Shown here: piece after piece, positions 1 through 8,914 of the stretch
Numbering within the stretch: position 1 is the stretch's first letter
Layout: every line of letters begins with the position of its first letter
Virus record (IMG/VR): IMGVR_UViG_3300044618_002542
Location: 1 to 59,900 of that record
Reading direction: 5' to 3' (one strand)
Length of the DNA: 59,900 nucleotides
From: a virus
Lineage: Duplodnaviria; Caudoviricetes
The notes under the pieces: generated by a model
What the model was told of the DNA's origin: nothing
Database searches by the model: none
The model's input: the letters and a program-made list of their open reading frames with translations, nothing else
Translations under genes and position numbers: made by a program

Positions 1-435
1 GCCCCCCCCAAGCCATTTTGCATTGACCATATCTTCGAGCCGCTTGGCCTTCGCTATCTCTTCCGGCGTTAGCAGTCCGGCCGCTTTGATTTCCTCCTTG
101 GTTGCCGGTCGGCATTGTCTCCAGCTTGCCGCGCCCCTTCCGTCGACCTTTGAAGTAATAAAATAATCGCCTTCGATTGCCACAAGTTTCTGGGGTCCGT
201 GCTCAGCGTATTCATCGCTATCACGCACCATAACTAATCGACGATTTTTTGCATCTTCTTCGGTCAATTTTGGCTCAACATACGGAAGGCCATTTGTCGT
301 GTTGTTTTCAATAATGCGATCCAAAACATCAATTGCGCATTCGACGCCGACCCCGCCGTTTTTCAGATTAAAAAGTCCTCCACAAATAGATCTTGCGTAG
401 CTTATTTCGTCTCCCGTCAACCTTCTCTGTCCCAT
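1..435 (-). CDS. Hypothetical protein, runs off the left window edge (MGQRRLTGDEISYARS...)
   Basis: ATG at 435 immediately after the thermonuclease stop; frame stays open to base 1 (translated by hand, absent from the ORF track). Confidence 0.7.
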   Translation of the reverse strand, partial: MGQRRLTGDEISYARSICGGLFNLKNGGVGVECAIDVLDRIIENNTTNGLPYVEPKLTEEDAKNRRLVMVRDSDEYAEHGPQKLVAIEGDYFITSKVDGRGAASWRQCRPATKEEIKAAGLLTPEEIAKAKRLEDMVNAKWLGGG

Positions 436-439
436 CGTC

Positions 440-994
440 TCACCCCTCTACCAGTTGAAAAGAATCCCCACCGTCTAGTAATTCAATCATGTACGGTTCG
501 GCCATTCCGGCCCTAACCATTGCGTCATTGATCGAATTCCCGTGCGGATCGAACAGGAAAGCGATATACCGGCCGAAGGTCCGTTTCTGCTTTCGCAAGA
601 TCGGTTCCGGCGTCTTGTTCTGGATCGTTCGAATCCAAATGTAATCGGGCTCGGAAATAAGCTGATGAAGCTTGTTTTTCGCCGCCTTCCCGGCAAGTGT
701 CGTTTCACCCTTTAGTTCCGGCGCGTTAATACTTGCCAGACGAATCGAAGACCGAATCAACGAATTCATCGTTAATTCGACTGTCGCCTGTATTGTGTCG
801 CCGTCGGTCGCCAACACTGAGCCAAACGGCTGCAGATACCAAAATCGATCAGGACGAAATAGAATCGAGTCCCTAGACGGAACCACCCCTGGCGGCATGT
901 CCGACTGCCTAGCGTACTGTTGGGCGTGCAGCATCGCCGACGCCGATCCGACCTGAAACTCTTCCCCGCCGGAAATTACCCTAATTTCTCGCAT
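440..994 (-). CDS. Thermonuclease (SNase-like) family nuclease
   Basis: DGDTI, IRLASINAPEL, FGRYIA and INDAMVRAGMA motifs typical of the staphylococcal nuclease fold. Confidence 0.85.
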   Translation of the reverse strand: MREIRVISGGEEFQVGSASAMLHAQQYARQSDMPPGVVPSRDSILFRPDRFWYLQPFGSVLATDGDTIQATVELTMNSLIRSSIRLASINAPELKGETTLAGKAAKNKLHQLISEPDYIWIRTIQNKTPEPILRKQKRTFGRYIAFLFDPHGNSINDAMVRAGMAEPYMIELLDGGDSFQLVEG

Positions 995-1284
995 TTCTGC
1001 CTCCTTAGAACGTCCTCAATCTTGCTCGACACCGTATTAAGCTTTTTTACGAATTCAAGAAAATCAGCCCGATCCCCCTCATTAACGACTTTGCGACCCG
1101 CTGTCGCGATTACGTCGAGTTCGTAAACCGCGGCACTCAAATCGGCTTGATCCCGTTCGGTGACCAACCCGACGACATTCATATTTTCAACCGATGACAC
1201 GAACGCCACCCATGACTTGTCCGGCGGCGTAACCGCTGAAAAATAGGGGTACTTCCGCGGCATTTCTGACACAAGTTCTGCCAT
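976..1284 (-). CDS. Hypothetical protein
   Basis: Tightly packed between the primase-helicase and nuclease genes. Confidence 0.7.
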   Translation of the reverse strand: MAELVSEMPRKYPYFSAVTPPDKSWVAFVSSVENMNVVGLVTERDQADLSAAVYELDVIATAGRKVVNEGDRADFLEFVKKLNTVSSKIEDVLRRQKCEKLG

Positions 1285-1285
1285 A

Positions 1286-3313
1286 TCAAAACCTCTTCAT
1301 TTCCTTTTCAATAACTGGTTTCAAGCTTAACCCGATCCACTCACGCCAAAAGTAATCGCCATCCCGGCCTCTAGCGACTTCAATCTTCGGGACAATCGAC
1401 CGAACCCGTTTTGCGAATGCCTGCCGTGTCGATCGGTCGACTAGATCATTCGATCGGCACCAGTTTTGATAAGCTTCAAAACAGTCCGCCGCATTGACTT
1501 TGCCGCCTTCCTGGCAGCATTCCCAAACAAAAGCCGATACCGGGGAAGTCTCAATCCGCATCCAGTTAACCGAATCGGTCCCCGATTTCGGTTGCTTGAT
1601 CTTCCCGTTCTTTTCGGAGTAGAGCCGATGGCGGCCAAGAATCGCCCAGTTAAGTATCCCCGACAATTCTGACTGAATCCGCATTTCGACCCGCGGATCT
1701 TCTTTGCCGGCGTGGGTCTTATTCATGACCAAAATGATGATCCGATTCAGGATCGCGTCGGATGAATCCTTGAACAGCGGGATTTCATTCGAAAACAGCA
1801 TAAACCGAATCGGCAAATTGACCCCCGATAGGCTCGGCTTGTACTTCCGCTCGATCTCCTGGGGATCTTCGCCGACGATCGACAGGACACGCTCGGTCAG
1901 AACCGTGTAATCGATCCGGTCGCCAATTCGAGCATCGGGGATAACGGCTAAGGATTTACCGATCAAAGACGCCAAGCCAAACTGACCCGATAGCGTGGTC
2001 GGCGTCGGGGATGCTACCGACGAATGACCGATCATCGCTTTCACGAGCCGCATGATCGTACCCTTGCCTGACCGGGATTTTCCGATTACGCAAAGAAAGC
2101 GTTGCATCGAAGTGTCTTGCGTCAGCAAATAGCCAAACCACTCTTGCAAAGCGTCTATCGCCTCTTGGTCGCCCTCGAATTGCTCCCAGAGCCATTCTTG
2201 CCAGTAAAGACATTGGGCCTCGGGGTCGAAGTCATAATCCAGCTTCAAAGCCGAAAACCATTCGTGATTGTGAGGTCGAAGCGAACCCTCCAAATCACCC
2301 GACAATACCGCGTCGAGGTCGAGCAGTCCGTTTTTCATCGACACCCAATTTCGCCGCCGCCTGTCCGATAGGTGCGATGGCATTTCGACCGAACCGGACA
2401 ACGCGACCAAAGATTTCATGGCGGTCACGACATCGCGGATCAATCGGGTCGATACGTTCCGGACCTTTTTGGGCTTCTGCGGCTCCCCGGTCTCGATTTC
2501 TTTTCTTGCCCGTTCTTCCTCTTGAATTCGCCAAAGCCTTTCGAATTCGGCTCGAATCACTTTAAATAACTTGGCCTGTAGGTCGCTATCGCTGATCGGC
2601 GACCACAGGCCGGACTTCCATTTCCAGAATTCATCGCGCCAAAAAACTAGCTTTCCGCCGGCGAATTCCGAGTAAAACTGCAGATTTAACCGAGCAAGCC
2701 GAGTGTGGTCGTCGTCCGATTCGTCGATATCTACGCTGCCAGGGGTGAATTCTCGCGGCCCTTCTGGTATCGCTGCGATCGCGGTCTCGGCCGTCTGAAT
2801 TCTGACCGGACCGTCGATTTCCGCCGGTTGTTGAATCTGGCCGGATCGCCCTATCGCAAGCAATCGAGCGTATATCTCCTGGTCGTCGAGCCCTTCAAGC
2901 CTCTGATCGGCTATCCAGTCTCGAACGTCTTTTCCGTCCGTCGGGGCGATCGGATAAGGGAGAGTCGCATTCCGAACCGTCTTCGCGAATTTCGCGATCA
3001 CCGGCCCCCATCCGGGCCGCTTTCCGCCGTTCGGTTTACTGACCCATGTCGCGCCATCTTGGCCCGGCACGTCGCAATCGTGAATCACGATAACTTCGCC
3101 CGCACCCGCAAATCGTGAGCAGTATTCGACCGCTTCAGGTTTGGTCGCGTTTTCGTTCGATCCGTAAATGTTGGTCGTTACGATATGCCGCGGCCGCCGA
3201 TCCTCGGGAAACGAGAGAATCAACGAACGAATTGCCGCCGCGTCGGGAAACCCTTCGCATTTCCAGATCAGTTCCGCCGGCTCGGACGGGTCGAAAATAA
3301 AGCCAAACGCCAT
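1286..3313 (-). CDS. P4/D5-family primase-helicase, C-terminal part (TOPRIM + D5_N + SF3 helicase + winged helix), lacking the Zn-binding domain
   Basis: IWKCEGFPD, HDCDVPG and KDVRDW TOPRIM motifs; NGLLDL and LQEWFGY; Walker A GKSRSGKGT; C-terminal FEAYQNWC. Confidence 0.88.
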   Translation of the reverse strand: MAFGFIFDPSEPAELIWKCEGFPDAAAIRSLILSFPEDRRPRHIVTTNIYGSNENATKPEAVEYCSRFAGAGEVIVIHDCDVPGQDGATWVSKPNGGKRPGWGPVIAKFAKTVRNATLPYPIAPTDGKDVRDWIADQRLEGLDDQEIYARLLAIGRSGQIQQPAEIDGPVRIQTAETAIAAIPEGPREFTPGSVDIDESDDDHTRLARLNLQFYSEFAGGKLVFWRDEFWKWKSGLWSPISDSDLQAKLFKVIRAEFERLWRIQEEERARKEIETGEPQKPKKVRNVSTRLIRDVVTAMKSLVALSGSVEMPSHLSDRRRRNWVSMKNGLLDLDAVLSGDLEGSLRPHNHEWFSALKLDYDFDPEAQCLYWQEWLWEQFEGDQEAIDALQEWFGYLLTQDTSMQRFLCVIGKSRSGKGTIMRLVKAMIGHSSVASPTPTTLSGQFGLASLIGKSLAVIPDARIGDRIDYTVLTERVLSIVGEDPQEIERKYKPSLSGVNLPIRFMLFSNEIPLFKDSSDAILNRIIILVMNKTHAGKEDPRVEMRIQSELSGILNWAILGRHRLYSEKNGKIKQPKSGTDSVNWMRIETSPVSAFVWECCQEGGKVNAADCFEAYQNWCRSNDLVDRSTRQAFAKRVRSIVPKIEVARGRDGDYFWREWIGLSLKPVIEKEMKRF

Positions 3314-3318
3314 AGCGT

Positions 3319-3504
3319 CTACCTACGCAACAAAAGCTTGACCGCCGCCGACAGGACCGCCACGACTGCGACCAATACCGTCACCGGCCAAAAAATCGCA
3401 AGCAAAATCATTGAGACGAGCCCGATCCGGCCACCCCGCGGGGAATCGAGAGCCCAGAACAGCAAACAGGCCACCACCCAATAAATCGCACCCAGGACCG
3501 GCAT
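3319..3504 (-). CDS. Small membrane protein with two hydrophobic segments
   Basis: Hydrophobic 61 aa ORF preceded by AAGGGG, first gene of the leftward arm. Confidence 0.65.
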   Translation of the reverse strand: MPVLGAIYWVVACLLFWALDSPRGGRIGLVSMILLAIFWPVTVLVAVVAVLSAAVKLLLRR

Positions 3505-3731
3505 TGTTTTCCCCTTGCGTTAGAGTTGCGGCCGGTTAATCTATCGTCCGCACCAGCCACAATCAACCACATTATCCACAATGTCCACAACTCGACAACG
3601 CGAAAAAAATTTAACCCGTTGCCACGCAAAGACTTGCGGCACAATCTTTTTTTCTCGCCCGATTTTCTGCTTGTCGGTGCCGATACACGTCGCTAGATTT
3701 TCAGCGTCCACACCGTCCACAGCGTCAACAG
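3505..3731. promoter_or_regulatory. Divergent promoter/control region with CCACA repeats and a consensus DnaA box (TTATCCACA, 3572-3580)
   Basis: Non-coding gap between divergent gene arms; six CCACA-core copies spaced about 9-10 bp apart in two clusters. Confidence 0.55.
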
Positions 3732-3944
3732 ATGGCTCAATACCTTAAATCGAAATGTCTCACCCCTGGTTGTCGCCGGCCGTCACGGGCTCGCGGTTGC
3801 TGCGAGTCGTGCTACCGGTCGCACTTACGGGCGGTTCGGTCGGGCAAAACGTCCTGGCGTCGGCTAATTGCGGAAGGGCTGGCCAGGGGTCGTGATCGAG
3901 TTTTGGCGCTGCGGGCTCGGATTGCTGCGGGGGTCCAGAAATGA
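3732..3944 (+). CDS. Small basic Zn-finger protein, possible regulator
   Basis: CLTPGC..ARGCCESCY Cys pattern; first gene of the rightward arm; stop overlaps the next start. Confidence 0.65.
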   Translation: MAQYLKSKCLTPGCRRPSRARGCCESCYRSHLRAVRSGKTSWRRLIAEGLARGRDRVLALRARIAAGVQK

Positions 3945-4492
3945 TGACCGAATTTTGTACGATCCTGCCGATGGCTCAGTCGATTGTCCGCGGGGTCCAT
4001 CTTTTAGAAACAAAAACTTTTCAATACCCCGTCACTGTTGCGTTTCTAGAATCGATGGCAGGCGAGTTTTCTCCGCATTCGGCCTGGATTATACCGGCCA
4101 GTAAAAATGTGATTGCCGGCTATATTGCAATTACCCGCGGGCTTGGGATCGACGGCAAGCCGGTCGTCTCGATCAACTCGATAGCGGTTGACAAGCCTTA
4201 CCGCCGCAGCGAAATCGGCGCGTCGCTTGTGGGTTTTGTGGTTGGAAGGGCGGCCGGTGGCGTGCGGGTTACCGCGACGGTTCCGGATTGTTCGGCCGGC
4301 GCTCAACAGTTTTTCAAGGCTTGCGGCTTTACTTGTGTCGCTATTTTGCGCAATTGCTACGACGAGGGCGGAGACGGGCTGTTATTCCTCTACCCTGGCA
4401 GCCAAGAACCACAGCCGAGGTTTTCCGGATCGGTCAATTGTGATTCTCCGATCAGACTTCGTTCCCGCATTGAATTTAAGGGTCGCCCATGA
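3941..4492 (+). CDS. GNAT (RimI-like) acetyltransferase
   Basis: SIAVDKPYRRSEIGASL (motif A) and AQQFFKACGF (motif B). Confidence 0.8.
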   Translation: MMTEFCTILPMAQSIVRGVHLLETKTFQYPVTVAFLESMAGEFSPHSAWIIPASKNVIAGYIAITRGLGIDGKPVVSINSIAVDKPYRRSEIGASLVGFVVGRAAGGVRVTATVPDCSAGAQQFFKACGFTCVAILRNCYDEGGDGLLFLYPGSQEPQPRFSGSVNCDSPIRLRSRIEFKGRP

Positions 4493-5274
4493 CTTCCGCA
4501 CCGATTATTTTCGACATTGAAACCGGGCCGCTTCCAGTCGAAAGGTTAAAATCGATCCTTCCGCCGTTTGATCCAGCGTCGTTAGGGAAGCATCCAGGGG
4601 AGTTTGATCCCGCGTCAGCCAAGCTGGGAAACGTAAAGGATCCGGCGAAAGTCGAAGCCAAAATTTCCGAATCGGCCGCGAAGCACGCCGCCGAGGTCGT
4701 CGATTTCGAAAAGCGATCGACCGAGGGCGAGCCTGCACACTGGCAGAAGATTGTCGATTCTGCGGCATTGTCCGCCGTGACCGGCGAAGTCTTGGCGATC
4801 GGGTTGTCGGGCAAGACCGACAAGATAATTTGCCAGGATCTTGACGCCGGAATCGACGAGCAATTTTTATTAGAACACTGGTGGAAGATTTATCGCGACG
4901 CGCGAGGATCGCAGAGAAAGCTTGTCGGATGGAACTCAAAAAACTTCGACGTTCAGTTCCTCGTTCAACGATCTTACATCCTGGGAGTCGCCGTCCCTGA
5001 TTCGATTTTGACCCCGACGGGCTACCTCAATCCGATATTCGTTGACCTTCGCGAAATCTGGTTGTCAGGCAATAAATTTAACGCACAGCCGGGAATGACG
5101 ACGCTAGATACCGTTGGCCGAGCCTTGGGGCTTGGCGGAAAAATGGAGGGCGTCACCGGTGCCGATTTTGCTCGATTGTTTGGCGATCCCGAAACCCGGC
5201 CGCAAGCCATCGAGTATTTACGGGGTGATATCGCCCTGACCCGTGCAATCGCCGAGCGTTTCGGCGTGGCGTAG
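4489..5274 (+). CDS. DnaQ/PolB-type 3'-5' exonuclease (DEDD)
   Basis: ExoI FDIET, ExoII GWNSKNFDVQFL, ExoIII YLRGD. Confidence 0.8.
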   Translation: MTSAPIIFDIETGPLPVERLKSILPPFDPASLGKHPGEFDPASAKLGNVKDPAKVEAKISESAAKHAAEVVDFEKRSTEGEPAHWQKIVDSAALSAVTGEVLAIGLSGKTDKIICQDLDAGIDEQFLLEHWWKIYRDARGSQRKLVGWNSKNFDVQFLVQRSYILGVAVPDSILTPTGYLNPIFVDLREIWLSGNKFNAQPGMTTLDTVGRALGLGGKMEGVTGADFARLFGDPETRPQAIEYLRGDIALTRAIAERFGVA

Positions 5275-5298
5275 TCTGTTAGTTTGGAGCATGAGAGC

Positions 5299-6297
5299 AT
5301 GAAAAGTTACGTTGAATTGGCTGGCAACATGCCAGCAATCGAAACCTTGGGGAAGTGGATCGCCGCTTCCGGGATGTTCGGAACGCTCACTTTGGCCCAA
5401 GGCCAAGTGATAGCGGCCCATTGCTTTATTACCGAAACCCCCCTGCTGGACTATCAGCGCCGTAACATGCTGGTCGGCAATCGGCCGGGAATTCCCTATG
5501 ACGCAATGGTCGCCGCGTTTCAAGAGGGTGGCGGGTCGCTAAAAGTTGTCGAAAAGTCGGCAAATGCTGCCAGGGTAGAGCTAACCGTTGGTGGGGTGAC
5601 GACGCCATTCGCGCTGACCTGGGACGAAGCCAAGCGAGAGCCGTTTGTTTATGGCGAAAAGGGGACGACCGAAAAAGAAATCGTACAGATGATTCGGGCC
5701 GAAAAATGGGCCGAACTTGAGAAGATCATGAAGCCGAAATATGCTTCGCCTCGATCCCGTGCTATCATGTTATGGGCTCGTTGCGTCTCCGATGCGATTC
5801 GCACCGTGGATCCGAAGGCCAATTTCGGCACGTACACCGAGGAAGAACTCGAAGATATACCGTCTTCGACACCCGCACCCACCGCACCCGCGGCGGCATC
5901 TACTACGCAGCCGGTTCACCCTCCGGCGCCGCCGCGGGTGCCTCTATCCACAGTCTCGACGCCGCCGGCACAGGCTGAGCCGGAAGTCATGCGCCCGGTT
6001 CCGCCGGCGGCCGTCGAGACGATTGAATCGGCGGTTTCTGAGCGGATCGACGGCCCGGCCAGTGAAGAACAGCGGGTCCGGTGTCTCGAATTGCTGGCCG
6101 AAATCGAGCCCGCATTTCCTGGGGTCAAAGCCAAGTTGGCCGAAAAACTCAAATCGGCAGGCATCCAGGGAGGGATTCGGGGATTGTCGGTCGCCGAGGC
6201 TGGCTCACTTGTCAAAGCGTTGGAAAGTCGAGCGATAGACGCATTTTTTACGCTCGATTTGAAGGGGCACTATCAGCCCCCTTTCGATGGAAAGTAG
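5299..6297 (+). CDS. RecT-like single-strand annealing protein
   Basis: MLWARCVSDAIR..GTYTEEEL motif; follows an exonuclease; Pro-rich linker; start moved to ATG 5299, which has GGAG upstream. Confidence 0.65.
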   Translation: MKSYVELAGNMPAIETLGKWIAASGMFGTLTLAQGQVIAAHCFITETPLLDYQRRNMLVGNRPGIPYDAMVAAFQEGGGSLKVVEKSANAARVELTVGGVTTPFALTWDEAKREPFVYGEKGTTEKEIVQMIRAEKWAELEKIMKPKYASPRSRAIMLWARCVSDAIRTVDPKANFGTYTEEELEDIPSSTPAPTAPAAASTTQPVHPPAPPRVPLSTVSTPPAQAEPEVMRPVPPAAVETIESAVSERIDGPASEEQRVRCLELLAEIEPAFPGVKAKLAEKLKSAGIQGGIRGLSVAEAGSLVKALESRAIDAFFTLDLKGHYQPPFDGK

Positions 6298-6470
6298 GCG
6301 CGGATCTGTTCCGCGATTGTTCGCCCCATGTCGCGAACTTGGTTGATCGGTTTGGAGCCGAGCGGGTATGGGACGCCGGCATTAAGATTCTTGGTTATCC
6401 GCCCACCTGGGCACCTGACGGTTTTGAAATCCTCACACTTGCAGAAAGGTTAGAAAATGGCAAAGCGTAG
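6279..6470 (+). CDS. Candidate -1 frameshift extension of the RecT-like protein
   Basis: C CCT TTC heptamer at 6279-6285; the -1 frame is open to TAG 6470 and fills the gap to the next gene. Confidence 0.5.
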   Translation, partial: PFRWKVGADLFRDCSPHVANLVDRFGAERVWDAGIKILGYPPTWAPDGFEILTLAERLENGKA

Positions 6471-7062
6471 CCTCACCACCCCAACCGCTGACGATCTTGC
6501 AGACAGCGGACGCCTCGACACTCCGGGCGTGTATCATGTTCTGGTGAAGTCGGTCAAAGATATGGAAAAGATCAACGGCGAAGCCGGGGAGGGCTTCACG
6601 GTTGAACTTCAAGTCTTGGCCGGCCCGCAGCAGGACAAGACAATCAAGCAATGGTTCTCGGACGGCCAGCCATCGGACCGAGACGGCGGCGAATTCGCAC
6701 GCAAACGGCAGACGGTTTTCTTGATAGCTGCTAACGTGATTACCCCGGTTCAATTGAACGGCGAAGCGGTCGAGTTTGATCCGGAAGAGGCGAGCGGATC
6801 GCAATTGGTCGTGAAATTCAAGTCGAACGAATACACGAACAAAAAAGGCGAAAAGGCTACCTCGATCGAAGTTGCCTATCTCGATATTTTCCACGTTGAC
6901 GACCCGCGAAAACCTGCTTGCGACATTAACGCCGGCGCGTTGAACCTGATCGACAAAAAGCTTCGTCGAGACGCGACGTTTTTTGCCCCGCTTGCGTCTT
7001 CGTCGAGTCGATCGTCTAAACCGGCGCCCCCGGCCCAAACGTTCGATTCGTCGGACCTATAG
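6457..7062 (+). CDS. Phage single-stranded DNA-binding protein, DUF669-like
   Basis: PGVYHVLVKSV start, acidic tail FDSSDL, position after the annealing protein. Confidence 0.6.
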   Translation: MAKRSLTTPTADDLADSGRLDTPGVYHVLVKSVKDMEKINGEAGEGFTVELQVLAGPQQDKTIKQWFSDGQPSDRDGGEFARKRQTVFLIAANVITPVQLNGEAVEFDPEEASGSQLVVKFKSNEYTNKKGEKATSIEVAYLDIFHVDDPRKPACDINAGALNLIDKKLRRDATFFAPLASSSSRSSKPAPPAQTFDSSDL

Positions 7063-7070
7063 CGGCCCGT

Positions 7071-7150
7071 CCTCACCGTCTTAGCGCCGCCGGGGAGCAA
7101 GTGAGGGCTCCCGCCGTGTTCATGCTCCCACGGCACCGGCGGCGCGTTTT
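7071..7150 (+). ncRNA. Candidate structured RNA (three-way junction) followed by a U tract
   Basis: P1 7084-7093/7136-7145, P2 GGAGC/GCTCC, P3 GCCGTG/CACGGC; loop GTGAGG can pair with CCTCAC at 7071-7076. Confidence 0.45.
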
Positions 7151-7191
7151 TCCCAGCCAATACAAGGCTAGGCGGTCGGACCCTCCAAAAA

Positions 7192-7237
7192 GCCGCCGCG
7201 TTCCGTTCGTTAAGCCAGCGCGGCGGCCTGCCTTTTT
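7192..7237 (+). terminator. Possible intrinsic terminator
   Basis: GCCGCCGCG/CGCGGCGGC stem with a T run a few bases downstream. Confidence 0.45.
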
Positions 7238-7251
7238 ATGGATTAAATGCG

Positions 7252-7491
7252 ATGCCGCTTAGAGATTACCAGACAAAGCCGAAGGGTGACGAAATTCGAA
7301 TTCGATTGGACAGCGGCGCCAACATCCAAAGCGAAAATTGGGAAATAGTCTTGCCTCCCGATCTTGGTTTTGACACCAAGGCCGACTGGGACGCTGCCAG
7401 CGAAGACGAAAAGCTCAAGGCTGTTCAAGAATATTTTTATGGCAATGGTTACCCCGATTGGTCATGGGATGACGAAAGCACCGCAAAATAG
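7252..7491 (+). CDS. Hypothetical acidic protein
   Basis: ORF in operon orientation with protein-like composition. Confidence 0.6.
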   Translation: MPLRDYQTKPKGDEIRIRLDSGANIQSENWEIVLPPDLGFDTKADWDAASEDEKLKAVQEYFYGNGYPDWSWDDESTAK

Positions 7492-7503
7492 GAATTTTTT
7501 ACG

Positions 7504-7818
7504 ATGGACCTCGACGCACCGATTAACGTCCAAAAGTTTCAGGACAAAGCCGCAAACACCGTTGACGACCTACTGAGCCTTCAAGGGCCGAACGGCGCGT
7601 CCGCGGTCGATCGAATTCAAATCGAAGCCCGAAAGCTGGTTGAAGCCCGCAAGTCGGGAGACCTGCCCGGCGCCGTCGCGTCGTCGGCTCTGATCACCGT
7701 TTTTCTATCGTCCGTCCTGCACGATTGCGGGTTCGAGCTAGAACGGGCAATGGCGATGGGGTTGTGGGCGGTCGAGCACGAAATCGCGTACCTGAATCGA
7801 GACGAGCCGAAGGGATAA
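7504..7818 (+). CDS. Hypothetical helical protein
   Basis: ORF packed within the early operon. Confidence 0.65.
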   Translation: MDLDAPINVQKFQDKAANTVDDLLSLQGPNGASAVDRIQIEARKLVEARKSGDLPGAVASSALITVFLSSVLHDCGFELERAMAMGLWAVEHEIAYLNRDEPKG

Positions 7819-7825
7819 TTCTGGC

Positions 7826-8596
7826 ATGACCGACCTACCGATTAACAAAATTGTTTGCGGCGACAACGTAGCGACGATGGCGACGTTCCCATCGGAATCG
7901 ATCGACCTAGTTGTTACTTCGCCGCCGTATGACAACCTGCGGACCTACGGCGGCCACACGTGGGATTTCGAAGGAGTCGCTCAACAGTTGTGGCGAGTAA
8001 TTAAGCCGGGCGGCGTGGTCGTTTGGGTGGTCAATGATGCAACCGTAAACGGCAGCGAAACCGGCACGAGCTTTCGGCAGGCGCTGCGGTTTATGGAGAT
8101 CGGGTTTTGGTTGCATGACACGATGATTTGGGAAAAGACTGGCAGCGGCGCTCTCGGCAGCCCCGATTGCTATGCACAAAACTTCGAGTTTGCATTTGTT
8201 CTTTCAAGTGGAAAGCCTAAGTCACTTAATCTGATAAGCGATCGTCGGAATGTAATTACATCCGGCCTGGTTGCTGTCAATTCTGGACTGAAGGCCGACA
8301 AGTCGAGCACTTCGCGAATTGTCGAGCGAAAGGAATACGGCAAGCGAACGAATGTCTGGAAGGTCGCACCAGCACAAAGAGCAGATCACCCTGCGCCGTT
8401 TCCAGACGATTTAGCCCGCGATCACATCCTAAGCTGGTCAAACGAAGGCGACATCGTGCTGGACCCGTTCAGCGGAAGCGGCACGACGGCCAAGATGGCG
8501 AAGCATAACGGGCGGAAATACATCGGCATCGAGATCAACCCGGAATACTGCGAGATCGCGGCCAAGCGGCTGGAGCAACAGGTTTTCGATTTTTAA
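7826..8596 (+). CDS. Orphan DNA methyltransferase, N4-C/N6-A, beta class
   Basis: Catalytic VTSPPY precedes SAM-binding DPFSGSGTT; HPAPFP motif. Confidence 0.93.
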   Translation: MTDLPINKIVCGDNVATMATFPSESIDLVVTSPPYDNLRTYGGHTWDFEGVAQQLWRVIKPGGVVVWVVNDATVNGSETGTSFRQALRFMEIGFWLHDTMIWEKTGSGALGSPDCYAQNFEFAFVLSSGKPKSLNLISDRRNVITSGLVAVNSGLKADKSSTSRIVERKEYGKRTNVWKVAPAQRADHPAPFPDDLARDHILSWSNEGDIVLDPFSGSGTTAKMAKHNGRKYIGIEINPEYCEIAAKRLEQQVFDF

Positions 8597-8614
8597 TTTA
8601 ACTAAGAAAAACCA

Positions 8615-8908
8615 ATGGTCAGCAAATTAAACCAGTCCGATAGAGCCGTTCTGTCGTTACTTACAGCCGGGAACGGCTCATTCATTACTTGCGAATCCGG
8701 GCCGGTGGGTCGGGCAAGAGTCGTCGTGAGGTTTCCGAGTGTTGAGCACGCTCAAGCATTCCATCGAGCGTTGATTAAATGCGGCGACGCTGCCAGGAGG
8801 TTGATACAGGACGAAGTTCGAGAGCAGGAGAAAGTTTCGATGGCAACTCCGATTGTTTACAGGGTGCAGCCGACGAACGACGGCGAACAACAATACGAGA
8901 AAGGTTAA
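8615..8908 (+). CDS. Hypothetical protein
   Basis: ORF in operon. Confidence 0.6.
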   Translation: MVSKLNQSDRAVLSLLTAGNGSFITCESGPVGRARVVVRFPSVEHAQAFHRALIKCGDAARRLIQDEVREQEKVSMATPIVYRVQPTNDGEQQYEKG

Positions 8909-8914
8909 GCAAAA

